The position numbers and the translations under genes were made by a program. From NCBI GenBank assembly GCA_034722245.1, contig JAYENT010000043.1, positions 93-64,092 on the forward strand: DNA of 64,000 nt, written 5' to 3'. The notes under the pieces are model-generated. The model worked only from the letters and a program-made list of their open reading frames with translations, searched no databases and was not told where the DNA came from. Position 1 is the first letter of the stretch. Each line of letters begins with the position of its first letter. Source of the DNA: Chloroflexota bacterium (GTDB lineage: Bacteria; Chloroflexota; Anaerolineae; UBA1429). Of this stretch, positions 18,432 through 27,632 are shown piece after piece.

Positions 18432-19382
18432 CTAGAGAGCACCTTCGGCCAGCTTTTGGATGACGGGTAGAGTGTCCGTCCAGGCGATCTCGGAAAGTCC
18501 CAAGCGCTTTCGCAGCCGCTCCTCGTCCATGCCCTCGCGATAGTCTCTGGCCGCGCACGTCCAACGCAGCATCTCAAAGGTGATGTTGCGCCGTAGGTTG
18601 GCCAGGTCGGATACCTTGTGCAGCACGTATTCCAGGTTGCGGGGCGTACACTCGAAGAGCTTCTCTTTGGGCTGGTAGCGCCTGAGGTATATCTCCAACG
18701 TGTCGATCCATTCCTTCGGCAGGGCCAGACGCCGTCGCTTAAAGAGTAGGCGGGGCTCATCGTAATGGATGTACACCGAAGGCACCGCGCCGGGTCCACC
18801 CGCGTCGATGTGCTCAAGGGCGATATCCATGCACTCGCCTTTCTTTATCCCTGTGGAGAGGATTAGCGTGATTAGCAGGTGGGGGCGAGCATCGGGTGCC
18901 TCCTCGGCGTCGCGCATGGTCCGGGTAATAGAGAGGGTGGATTCGATCTGGGCCTCGTTCAGAATGTGGGGCAGGGGGGAGCGCGCCCGGCGGTATTCCA
19001 GGGACTCTGCGGGATCGTGAGGCAGGACGTCATAGTGTGCCAGCCACTCGAAAAAGACCTTCAGCGTGGTGATACGGCGATCCAGGGATTTCGGCGAGCA
19101 GGGGGCATCCCGCTCCTCCTGTAGATAGTGGAGAAAGTCGCGCAGTTTCTTCGTGGAACATTCCTCCAGCGGTGTCGTGGGGCCGGCGAACTCGACAAAG
19201 AGCCGTACGTCGCTGAGGAAACACTTGATGGTGTTCTCGGCGAACTCCTTCTGCTCCATATATTCCTGAAAAGGGGCATAGGTATCCTCAAGGGCGGATG
19301 ATGCGGATAGTTCAGGCCCTTGGGGTAGATCCAGTTCTTTTAGGTTTTCGAGAGGGAACAGTTCGAACTGTTTCGCTGACAT
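18432..19382 (-). CDS. Tyrosine-recombinase-fold protein (XerC/D-like), apparently lacking the Tyr nucleophile
   Basis: SAM-like N-terminal core-binding domain and box I ARPHLLITLILSTGIKKGE. Box II is degenerate (EMLRW, RLGLSEIAWTDTL). GGGAGG RBS. Confidence 0.65.
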   Translation of the reverse strand: MSAKQFELFPLENLKELDLPQGPELSASSALEDTYAPFQEYMEQKEFAENTIKCFLSDVRLFVEFAGPTTPLEECSTKKLRDFLHYLQEERDAPCSPKSLDRRITTLKVFFEWLAHYDVLPHDPAESLEYRRARSPLPHILNEAQIESTLSITRTMRDAEEAPDARPHLLITLILSTGIKKGECMDIALEHIDAGGPGAVPSVYIHYDEPRLLFKRRRLALPKEWIDTLEIYLRRYQPKEKLFECTPRNLEYVLHKVSDLANLRRNITFEMLRWTCAARDYREGMDEERLRKRLGLSEIAWTDTLPVIQKLAEGAL

Positions 19383-19634
19383 GAGACGCCTCCCTTGTGG
19401 CCTAGATTCAACATAAACCTATCGCGAGAGGGGAGTTTTGTCAAAAAGAAAGAGTAGTCGCAATCGTGCCGCGGATATTCGGTAGGACAGGGTGATCGAT
19501 GGCGGATAGGTAGCCTCCTCTCCGGATCATCGGCCCTATACGTTCTGCGTGCCTGTTTGACCCTCTCATCGTCTGAAGGTGGGAAAATCTCCCTTTCGCC
19601 AAAGGATTCTGTAGTGGTAGGCAGATGCCCTCGA

Positions 19635-19663
19635 TTGCTTTCTTACTCGCTCTGGATTAGAAT
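19635..19663 (+). promoter_or_regulatory. Sigma-70-like promoter for URO-D paralog 1
   Basis: TTGCTT, 17-nt spacer, TAGAAT. Confidence 0.45.
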
Positions 19664-19702
19664 GGATGTTGTGCTTAGGATTCGCTTTGCTTGGGAGGTG
19701 AG

Positions 19703-20977
19703 ATGATGACTACATCGCGCGAGCGGGTAGCGGCGGCCCTTAATCACGAGGTTCCGGACTGTGTACCCCTCGATTTGGGCTCAACCGCTGTGACAGGGAT
19801 CGCTGCTTCTGCTTTATATCGTTTACGTGAAGCCTATGATCTGGAAGAGAGGCGCATCAAGGTTCACGAGCCGTACCAGATGTTAGGGGAAGTGGACGAT
19901 GACGTCCTCAATACTTTGGGGATTGATGTCGTGGGCCTTTCTGACGATAGCACGTTCTTTGGTTTCCCTCAACGCGATTGGAAGCCTTTTACCTTGTTCG
20001 ATGGCACACCCGTTCTGGTGCCGGGAGGTTTCAATACGGAAATATCCGCGGACGGCAGTCTCTACCAGTATCCCCGGGGAGATCGCTCTCTGGCACCATC
20101 GGGGCGCATGCCCGCCGATGGGTTCTATCATGATGCCATCGAGCGACAGGAGCCTTATGACCCAGAGTCCCTTGACCCCGAGGAATGGGTTCGGGACATG
20201 TATCATGTCTACACTGATGAGGACCTGCGCTTGTTGGAGGAGCGCGTCACGTCGCTATATGAGAACACGACGCGGGCCATCATCGGCAATTTCGGGCAGG
20301 GAGGATTCGGTGATATCGCCTATGTCCCAGGTACCGCCGTTCCCGAGCCAAAGGGTATCAGAAGTGTGGCCGATTGGTACATGGCCACGCTTCTCTATCC
20401 GGACTATGTGCGGGGCATCTTTGAGCGACAGCTCGAGATCGTCATGCAGAACCTGGAGCTTTACAAAGAGGCCGTAGGGGAAAAGATAGTCGCTATCTTT
20501 ATCAGCGGTACCGATTTCGGCGCGCAGAAGGGCTCTTTTATCTCGCCTAAGGCGTATCGTGATCTTTTCAAACCCTTTCACAAGGCAATCAATGACTGGA
20601 TTCACGAACATACCCATTGGAAGACGTTCTATCATAGCTGTGGCTCTATGGTCGAGCTCTACGATGATTTTGTGGAGGCCGGAGCGGATATCGTAAACCC
20701 CGTACAGATTTCGGCTGCGGGCATGTCCCCTCGCGTGCTAAAGGATCGCTGGGGAGACGATCTCGTCTTCTGGGGAGGAGGCATTGATACGCAGTACGTG
20801 CTGCCCTTTGGTTCGCCAGAGGAGATAGAGGAGCAGGTCAAGGAGAATCTGGAGATCTTTGGCGAGGGCGGCGGCTTTGTTTTCAATACCGTCCACAATA
20901 TCCAGGCCGGGATTCCCAAGGAGAATCTCAAAGCGTTATTTGATGCTTTTGCCAAGTACCGTTGTGGGGTGCAGTAG
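19703..20977 (+). CDS. Uroporphyrinogen decarboxylase (URO-D) family protein, paralog 1
   Basis: C-terminal FYHSCGSMVELYDDFVEAGADIVNPVQ ... NTVHNIQ, typical of the URO-D/MtaA-like fold. The ATG follows GGGAGG. Confidence 0.75.
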   Translation: MMTTSRERVAAALNHEVPDCVPLDLGSTAVTGIAASALYRLREAYDLEERRIKVHEPYQMLGEVDDDVLNTLGIDVVGLSDDSTFFGFPQRDWKPFTLFDGTPVLVPGGFNTEISADGSLYQYPRGDRSLAPSGRMPADGFYHDAIERQEPYDPESLDPEEWVRDMYHVYTDEDLRLLEERVTSLYENTTRAIIGNFGQGGFGDIAYVPGTAVPEPKGIRSVADWYMATLLYPDYVRGIFERQLEIVMQNLELYKEAVGEKIVAIFISGTDFGAQKGSFISPKAYRDLFKPFHKAINDWIHEHTHWKTFYHSCGSMVELYDDFVEAGADIVNPVQISAAGMSPRVLKDRWGDDLVFWGGGIDTQYVLPFGSPEEIEEQVKENLEIFGEGGGFVFNTVHNIQAGIPKENLKALFDAFAKYRCGVQ

Positions 20978-21074
20978 GGAAGGCACTTTCCGATACAAGA
21001 TCAGCATCCATGTCCGCTCGATGAGGGGTGTTGTGTGCGTGGGGGAGATAAACTCGGCTTCCCTTTCGTCTCTC

Positions 21075-21103
21075 TTGACCTTGACGAGTCGCCAATATAG
21101 AAT
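21075..21103 (+). promoter_or_regulatory. Sigma-70-like promoter for the DUF362 gene
   Basis: TTGACC, 17-nt spacer, TAGAAT. Confidence 0.5.
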
Positions 21104-21198
21104 TGGGCCCGCAAAGCCCTTCATGAATGGGGGGGCTATATGGTTCCAGTTCCCGTGTTTCGCGGCGCGATCTGGAGTCCAACTTAGGAGGCCTGTAA

Positions 21199-22305
21199 AT
21201 GACAACGAAAGCGAAGGTAGCCGTCTTGAGGACCCGTCCGGAGACGATTCTGGAGGATTACGATCGGTTGTTGGAACTGGCCGAGGTGGAGCGATTCCTG
21301 CCGCCTGACAAGACGGTTATTCTGAAGGACAATATCTCCTGGCACTATCCCTTTCCCGGCGCCAATACCACGCCCTGGCAATTGGAGGGGACGACGCTTG
21401 CGCTTCGAGGGCGTGGTTATGAGAAGCTCGTCTGCGTGCAGAATAGGACGGTAGTCATCGACACCTTCAAAGGCGAGGATCTGAACAACTATGTTCCCAT
21501 CTTTCGCCGTTACAATATTCCCGTGCTGTACAATTTCAAGGGCTGTGACATGGACTGGGTGGTATACGAGCCCAAGGCGGAAATGAACATCCTGCCGCAT
21601 ATCTATCCAGAAGGTATTCGTGTCCCAGATTACTTTTTCGGTAAGAGCATCGTTCACCTGCCTACGATCAAATGTCACATCTATAGCACGACGACGGGGG
21701 CCATGAAGAACGCTTTTGGCGGCCTGCTGAACACGAAGCGCCACTATACGCATACCTGGATTCATCAGACGCTGGTCGACCTGTTGCATATTCAGAAGGA
21801 GATCCATTCGGGGATATTTGCCGTGATGGACGGCACCACGGCGGGCAACGGCACGGGGCCTCGCATCATGCAGCCTGTGGTCAAGAACGTGATACTGGCC
21901 AGCGGCGATCAGGTGGCCATAGACGCCGTGGCAGCCAAGATGATGGGCTTCGATCCCATGGAGATCGGCTACATTCGCTTGGCCCACGAGCAAGGGCTAG
22001 GCGTGGGCGATGTCCGTAAGATTGAGATGGTCGGGGACGACGTCTCTGATGAGAACTGGGACTTTCACATTGGTTGGAACTTTCACCGCGTCCTGGGCTG
22101 GCTGTCTTGGTTTGGTCCCACCAAGGTCTTGCAGAAGCTGCTTTTCCATAGCCCTTTTGTTCACGTGGCTTCTTTTGTCTCTGAAGCGTACCACGATTAC
22201 TATCGCTGGCCTCTGAAGGAGCGACACGTGTACGAGCGCTGGCGAGAGGAGACGTCGTGGGGGCAGCTATTCAGCCGGTATCTTGAGCAGGGGACCATGC
22301 GTTAG
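21199..22305 (+). CDS. DUF362 domain-containing protein
   Basis: VAVLRTRPETILEDY ... LPTIKCHIYSTTTGAMKNAFGGLL ... MDGTTAGNGTGP. AGGAGG RBS. Confidence 0.7.
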   Translation: MTTKAKVAVLRTRPETILEDYDRLLELAEVERFLPPDKTVILKDNISWHYPFPGANTTPWQLEGTTLALRGRGYEKLVCVQNRTVVIDTFKGEDLNNYVPIFRRYNIPVLYNFKGCDMDWVVYEPKAEMNILPHIYPEGIRVPDYFFGKSIVHLPTIKCHIYSTTTGAMKNAFGGLLNTKRHYTHTWIHQTLVDLLHIQKEIHSGIFAVMDGTTAGNGTGPRIMQPVVKNVILASGDQVAIDAVAAKMMGFDPMEIGYIRLAHEQGLGVGDVRKIEMVGDDVSDENWDFHIGWNFHRVLGWLSWFGPTKVLQKLLFHSPFVHVASFVSEAYHDYYRWPLKERHVYERWREETSWGQLFSRYLEQGTMR

Positions 22306-22424
22306 CCGTTTTCTCTGCGGTTCTGCAGAAGCATCGGATGCGCAGGTGCCGGCCGCTTGGATTATCAAGTATGAGGCACCTCGGCAAGTTAAATCCAGTT
22401 CTATAAGGCAAAGGGAGGTCCTTT

Positions 22425-23468
22425 GTGTCGGAAGTGCGTGTGGCTAAGGAAGTGTTACAGGATTTCACCGAGAAGCTCTTCGTCCAGATGGGTATGCCAC
22501 CTGAGGATGCGAGGATCGAAGCGCAAGTTCTGGTGTGGGCGAACTTGAGGGGGATCGATTCCCATGGGGTGCTCAGGGTTCCTCAGTATCTAGCCAGCGT
22601 GGAAAAGGGGGGTATGAACCCCACGCCTGATATCCAGGTGCTGAAAGAGACGCCAGCCGTGATTTTTGTCGATGGCGATCACGCGTTTGGCCCCGTGGTG
22701 ACGACCTTTACCATGGAGCGGGTGATGGAAAAAGCCAGAGAAGTGGGTGTTGGCTGGGGGCTCATTCGCAATACGACGCATCAAGGAGCCATGGGGTACT
22801 ATGCTCTGATGGCCGCTGAGGAGGGTATGGCCGGGATCGCCCTCGTGAGCAACCCTCCCAATATGGCGCCTTATGGTGCCAAGGCCGCTGGCGTACATAA
22901 TAGCCCCATAGCCATTAGCGTGCCCGCCAAGGAGCATCGGCCGTTGGTTCTGGACATGGCCACAAGTGTCGCTGCTGGCGGCAAGGTCAATCTGGCCGTT
23001 GATAAAGGCGTGCCCATTCCCGAGGGATGGGCCCTGGACGCAGACGGAAATCCCACCACCGATCCCAAAGAGGCGGGCATCCTCTTGCCCTTTGGCGCTT
23101 ACAAGGGCTCCAATCTGGCCATCATGTTTGCTTGTCTGTCAAATATCATGGCCGGCAACCCGCTGGTGGCCCCCACCTTGGCAGGGGAACAGATCAGGCC
23201 GGGCACGCAGAACAGCGTGGTGGCAGCCGTGGATATCGGTACCTTCAGCGATCTGCAGACGTTCGAGGAGAACGTGGACGATCTCATAGACGGGATCAAG
23301 TCCTTGCCCAAGGCCGAGGGCTTTGAGGAGATCCTGGTGCCCGGCGAACTCGAGGATCGCGTTCACGCGAAGCGGGTGAAGCAAGGCATCCCCTTGCCCG
23401 ACGGAACCGTCCGAAACCTACGAGAGGCCGCCGAGAAGCTGGGTGTAGAGATACCACAGGGACTGTAG
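22425..23468 (+). CDS. Ldh_2 family (malate/L-lactate/sulfolactate dehydrogenase type 2) oxidoreductase
   Basis: GIDSHGVLRVPQY, HQGAMGYY and a GGKVNLA-type region. GTG start after GGGAGG. Confidence 0.8.
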   Translation: MSEVRVAKEVLQDFTEKLFVQMGMPPEDARIEAQVLVWANLRGIDSHGVLRVPQYLASVEKGGMNPTPDIQVLKETPAVIFVDGDHAFGPVVTTFTMERVMEKAREVGVGWGLIRNTTHQGAMGYYALMAAEEGMAGIALVSNPPNMAPYGAKAAGVHNSPIAISVPAKEHRPLVLDMATSVAAGGKVNLAVDKGVPIPEGWALDADGNPTTDPKEAGILLPFGAYKGSNLAIMFACLSNIMAGNPLVAPTLAGEQIRPGTQNSVVAAVDIGTFSDLQTFEENVDDLIDGIKSLPKAEGFEEILVPGELEDRVHAKRVKQGIPLPDGTVRNLREAAEKLGVEIPQGL

Positions 23469-23498
23469 TCATCGGCGTGTCTTGAACGCTTTGCTTCT

Positions 23499-23527
23499 GG
23501 CCGCTATGGTTCCATAGCGGCCTTTTG
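23499..23527. terminator. Bidirectional terminator between convergent Ldh_2 and GH-like genes
   Basis: GGCCGCTATGG-TT-CCATAGCGGCC followed by TTTT. Confidence 0.65.
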
Positions 23528-23562
23528 CGTGGAGAGTGCTCGACAGGCAGGCTGCGGCGATT

Positions 23563-24549
23563 CTAGATTCGCAAGCGATTGAGCCGCAGTTCGTGGGAGC
23601 CATCGGGGCGGCAGAATTCATAGTAGAGATAGAGCTCCCCATCGAGCGCGATGGCGTCGACGTAGCGTAGGCCGCCGCTGCCATAGGGGGACACGATACT
23701 GGGCCCCTGTTGGCTGAGGCGATAAAAGTGGGTCAGATCCCACGATTGGACCATGCCCGTGCGCTCCTCGTAATTCTCCTCCACAGAGGCGGCCCCGTCA
23801 TAGTATCCCAGCCATCCACTCTCCGTGGGTATCAGACAGCCAAGACGTGCGGCGTAGGCGTCCCAGGCACCCTGGCGTGGAGGGAATATATCCCCCTTCC
23901 ATTCATAGTGTCGGCCATCGCCGCTCACAGCCAGCGCCGTGCTGGAGAGCGTAAGCCCGGTGTTATAGATATCGGCCGTGGCATGCATCTTTTCTCGATC
24001 CTCCGGGGAGGTGATGTCGAGGCTCATAGCGTAACTGATGAGCATGTAGTAGAGGCCATTGACGATCATCACCCAGGGGTCTTTCACGCCCTGTACTCCC
24101 ACCTCTTTGGCGCTGAATAACTCTTGGCACTGGGATAGATCGAAAGCGTCCGGGCTCTCGGCCTCCACGACGTCGATGCGCCAGCGATTGGTCTGCGGAT
24201 CGACATAGCTGGGATACAGCAGCCATTTGCCGTCCAGGCTCTTGGTCAAACTGAAGCGTTCCACGGAGGGTGAATCCAGATCCTCCTTTGTGGCATTCCA
24301 TATATCGTGGAAGGTGACGCCATCATCCGATGCGGCGATGTGGCATTCGCCGCCCCGCACGGGGCGTGGCTTCCGGATGCGGTAGTACAAATAGAATTTC
24401 TTTGTCTCATCATCGTAGAGAACGCTGGGCGCCCCCACCCAGTAGCCACGGCCCTCTCCCGGTGGCTCCTTGATGGTCTGCCCTTGAAGGGGATCGAAAA
24501 CGAGGGGGGCGCCGTAGCATTTGCGCGCCGCTCCAGAGCTGGGCTTCAT
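23563..24549 (-). CDS. Beta-propeller glycoside hydrolase-like protein (GH32/43/68/130 superfamily; family not resolved)
   Basis: Repeated blade-like segments (WVGAPSVLYDDETKKFYLYYR, KDPWVMIVNGLYYML, GWLGYYDG, GELYLYYE). Fold call made by eye only. Confidence 0.45.
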   Translation of the reverse strand: MKPSSGAARKCYGAPLVFDPLQGQTIKEPPGEGRGYWVGAPSVLYDDETKKFYLYYRIRKPRPVRGGECHIAASDDGVTFHDIWNATKEDLDSPSVERFSLTKSLDGKWLLYPSYVDPQTNRWRIDVVEAESPDAFDLSQCQELFSAKEVGVQGVKDPWVMIVNGLYYMLISYAMSLDITSPEDREKMHATADIYNTGLTLSSTALAVSGDGRHYEWKGDIFPPRQGAWDAYAARLGCLIPTESGWLGYYDGAASVEENYEERTGMVQSWDLTHFYRLSQQGPSIVSPYGSGGLRYVDAIALDGELYLYYEFCRPDGSHELRLNRLRI

Positions 24550-24617
24550 CGTGTGCGCTCCTTTCTTCTATTCAGCCTTTTTGCGAATTGCCTTTGTCAC
24601 TGCACACATCAGAGTCG

Positions 24618-25748
24618 CTAGGTGTTGCCGTCCAGTGCCCGCTGGTACACAGCAAGGGTCTGTCTTGCCGTGCTCTCCCAGGAAAAATCCCTTGCGCGTG
24701 CCAGCCCCTTATCCGCCATCTCCTGACGCAGGTCAGGGTCACGCAGGATTTGGCTTATACAATGCGTCATCTCCTCGGTGTTCAGGGGGTCAAAGTAGCG
24801 TGCAGCGTCCGCGCCGACCTCTGGCAGGCTAGAGGCATCGCTGGCGCAGACCGGACAGCCGCAGGCCATGGCCTCAAGCACGGGCAAGCCAAAGCCCTCG
24901 TATAAAGATGGCTGCACCGTCAAAAGGGCCCCACCATATATGGCAGGTAGATCCTCCTCCGGTACGAATCCTGTGTGCAGAACCTCTTTCCGCCAGGGAA
25001 GGGTCTCAAGATGCTGAAAGAAATCCTCGTACAGCCACCCCTTGCTGCCCACCAAGACCAGGGCATCGGCCAGGTCGTCGACGAACAGGGGACCACAGGC
25101 GTCCACCAGGCGTCTGAGATTCTTGCGTGGCTCAATGGTTCCCACGACGAGGATATATCGGGGCGGCAGGCCGTAGCGCCGTCGAATGGCCTCTACCCTT
25201 TCTGCTGGCTGCTGGCGGAAATTGGGGGCCGCGGCCTCGGGGATGACGGTGATCTTCTTTGGGGCGATGTCGTATAGGTCAACGATATCCCCTCGCGTGG
25301 ATTCGGAGACGGCGATGATGGCCGTGGCGCGCCTGCAATAGAGGGGCATGGCGGCTTTGAGATACAGATAGTTCTTGATCTTGTGGTACTTGGGATAGCG
25401 CTCAAAGATCAGGTCGTGTACCGTGAGCACCGTAGGAATATCTTTTAGGGGCGGCAGCAGGTGCTCTGTGGCGTGAAAGAGCGAGGCGCCCGGCAACAGG
25501 GCATTCATGGGCCAGTGAAGGGCCTGCCGCAGCAGGACCAACGCGCGCCACACCCTGTATCCATACCGCACGCCGACAGTGGGATGATCCTCCCAGCCGG
25601 TGAGGGGACCACGGCGTCCTAGACTGTTCTGAAAGAGACGCAGACGCTCTCCCAGCAGCGGTTCAAGCGCGCGAACCAAGTTCTCGGCGTAGCGCTTCAA
25701 TCCGGCCTTGGCATGGACGGCGCTGGAGACGTCAACGTAGATGGTCAC
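24618..25748 (-). CDS. Glycosyltransferase family 4 (GT-B, retaining)
   Basis: PSLYEGFGLPVLEAMACGCPV (E-x7-E region). 376 aa. Confidence 0.85.
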   Translation of the reverse strand: MTIYVDVSSAVHAKAGLKRYAENLVRALEPLLGERLRLFQNSLGRRGPLTGWEDHPTVGVRYGYRVWRALVLLRQALHWPMNALLPGASLFHATEHLLPPLKDIPTVLTVHDLIFERYPKYHKIKNYLYLKAAMPLYCRRATAIIAVSESTRGDIVDLYDIAPKKITVIPEAAAPNFRQQPAERVEAIRRRYGLPPRYILVVGTIEPRKNLRRLVDACGPLFVDDLADALVLVGSKGWLYEDFFQHLETLPWRKEVLHTGFVPEEDLPAIYGGALLTVQPSLYEGFGLPVLEAMACGCPVCASDASSLPEVGADAARYFDPLNTEEMTHCISQILRDPDLRQEMADKGLARARDFSWESTARQTLAVYQRALDGNT

Positions 25749-26548
25749 GCGCCCTCTCCCTGCCAGCGAGGCTCTGGGTTAAGGGCTACGTCACCGGCCT
25801 TGACGCCTCGCAGGACGAACCGTTCAGCGGCGCGTTGGTCCCCCCGCTTATAGGCTGTTGCCAGCGCCTTGAGATCCTCGTTCAGTATCTGTTGTTGCGT
25901 GTCATGGTCGACCACGCGAGAAGCCATGGTGTGCACGGCCTTTACTGTCTCCTCCAGCCATTCCTGTGTCAATGGAGGGCCGGGCAATATGGATATGGCC
26001 AGATCGTCGAACCCTGCAGAGCGCACGGCCCTGGCCGCACGCCGGATATTTACAGAGACCGCCGTTGGCTCGTTAAGCGCCTGTCCCAGCTTGCGCACGA
26101 TGGCATTCCGCTGAGCCCAGGCTTGGGTGTGCTCGGCCTCTGGTGGTTCGAGGATATCAGAGATGCGCAGTTGCCCGCCAGGCACGAGAATGCGCCACAG
26201 CTCGTTAAAGATGGCGTTGATTTTGGCCTCCGGCACCTGGCGCAATACGCCGCTCATCACCAAGAGATCCACCGTCTGGTCGAGAAGAGGCATAGCCCCT
26301 GGGTGAGTCTGCATCGGTGCCAAAGGGCCCGATTCTCTCAGAGACAGAATCTCTTTCAGGCTTGACATTCTTTCGCTGGCGACGATGAGGTGTCCCTGGG
26401 CGGCTGCCACGCGCTCGTTGAGCAGCTTCACCAGGCGCCCGCTGCCCACGCCTATAACGAGGGTGACGCCAGAAAAATCGATCCTGCGCCATAGGGCATT
26501 CTCGCCGTTTTCTTTGGCCGATCCTCTCTCGGTCATCCTTTTCTCCAA
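25745..26548 (-). CDS. Class I SAM-dependent methyltransferase
   Basis: Motif I VIGVGSGRL and a Rossmann-like layout. Its stop overlaps the GT4 start by 4 nt. Confidence 0.65.
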   Translation of the reverse strand: MEKRMTERGSAKENGENALWRRIDFSGVTLVIGVGSGRLVKLLNERVAAAQGHLIVASERMSSLKEILSLRESGPLAPMQTHPGAMPLLDQTVDLLVMSGVLRQVPEAKINAIFNELWRILVPGGQLRISDILEPPEAEHTQAWAQRNAIVRKLGQALNEPTAVSVNIRRAARAVRSAGFDDLAISILPGPPLTQEWLEETVKAVHTMASRVVDHDTQQQILNEDLKALATAYKRGDQRAAERFVLRGVKAGDVALNPEPRWQGEGA

Positions 26549-26631
26549 GGATAGGTGTTGATCTCGTCAACGCTCGTACTCTATGTATGGCCCGTTCCCA
26601 CGATTGGGAAACGTTCCGCGGAGCCAATATG

Positions 26632-27441
26632 TCATACCTCGACGACCAGCCCATCGTAGGCAAAATCTGCCCATCCGGGAAGCTTTTTCCCCTCGACTTG
26701 ATAGTCTATATCGTGCGTCATGTGTGTGAACAGGCAGCGAGTGGGAGCCAGTTGCCGTGCGTAAGCCAGACTCTCCTTCAGACAAAGGTGGCTGCCGTGA
26801 GGACGTAGGCGCAGACAATTGAGGATGAGCAGATCCAGCCCCTCTAGTTTGTCCAGCGTATCCTCGGGAATGCGCTTGGCGTCGGGGATGTAGGCCACGT
26901 CATCCATACGATACCCTTGGCACCCTTCCAGTGGACCGTGTTCTACGGGCAGAGGGATTATCGCGGCCTTCCCAATTTCAATGGGTGCGTCGAGCACGTG
27001 AGGGATCACCTTGGGGATACCACCTCCCACGTAATCCGGTGGATCGAAAATATACTGAAAGGCTCCACGCAATATGCGCAGCGTCTCTGCAGAGCCGTAT
27101 ATGTCGATGGGCCCCTCCTGTTGGCGGCAGTAGGAGCGTATGTCCGGCAGGCCATAGATGTGATCGGCGTGTCCATGTGTATAAAGTACGGCATCAATGC
27201 GCCGCACGCGATTGCTCAGCACCTGCTGCCGAAAGTCCTGGGACGTGTCGAAGAGAATAGCCGCCTCTTCCGTCTCTACCAGAATCGATGCCCGAGTGCG
27301 TCTGTAGCGTGGATTCGTCGCCGCCTTCAGGCAGACCTTTCGTGGGCAACTTTCGTAGTTGTCCAGCATACAATCGATGGTGGGCACGCCATGCGAGGTG
27401 CCAGTGCCCAGAAACGTTATGCGCATTCTCTCCCATTTCAA
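26632..27441 (-). CDS. MBL-fold metallo-hydrolase (PhnP/GPDQ-like)
   Basis: FLGTGTSHGVP and YTHGHADH motifs. The true start may be the ATG at 27426 (MRITFLG). Confidence 0.8.
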   Translation of the reverse strand: MKWERMRITFLGTGTSHGVPTIDCMLDNYESCPRKVCLKAATNPRYRRTRASILVETEEAAILFDTSQDFRQQVLSNRVRRIDAVLYTHGHADHIYGLPDIRSYCRQQEGPIDIYGSAETLRILRGAFQYIFDPPDYVGGGIPKVIPHVLDAPIEIGKAAIIPLPVEHGPLEGCQGYRMDDVAYIPDAKRIPEDTLDKLEGLDLLILNCLRLRPHGSHLCLKESLAYARQLAPTRCLFTHMTHDIDYQVEGKKLPGWADFAYDGLVVEV

Positions 27442-27632
27442 CTTGGCGTGGCTCGGTCACAGAACTCCGATAGAGGCCCTTCCCATCACTGGGATTTTCA
27501 GGGCACCCTGTCCCTCATTATACGCTCCCAGCCGCTTTGCGACCAATCGCTGCTCCTGGCGATTGAGACCGCCCTTTACCCTCCCCGTGCTTGGAATTAT
27601 AATAGGGGCGCATTCGGAGAAGGGAAGGCTTT

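Noticed and set aside
18432-19382. Recombinase gene as a marker of an integrated mobile element or prophage
   Set aside because: I could see no flanking direct repeats, tRNA target, or phage or conjugation genes. The neighbours are housekeeping or metabolic genes, and the protein itself looks catalytically degenerate. I did not call a mobile element.
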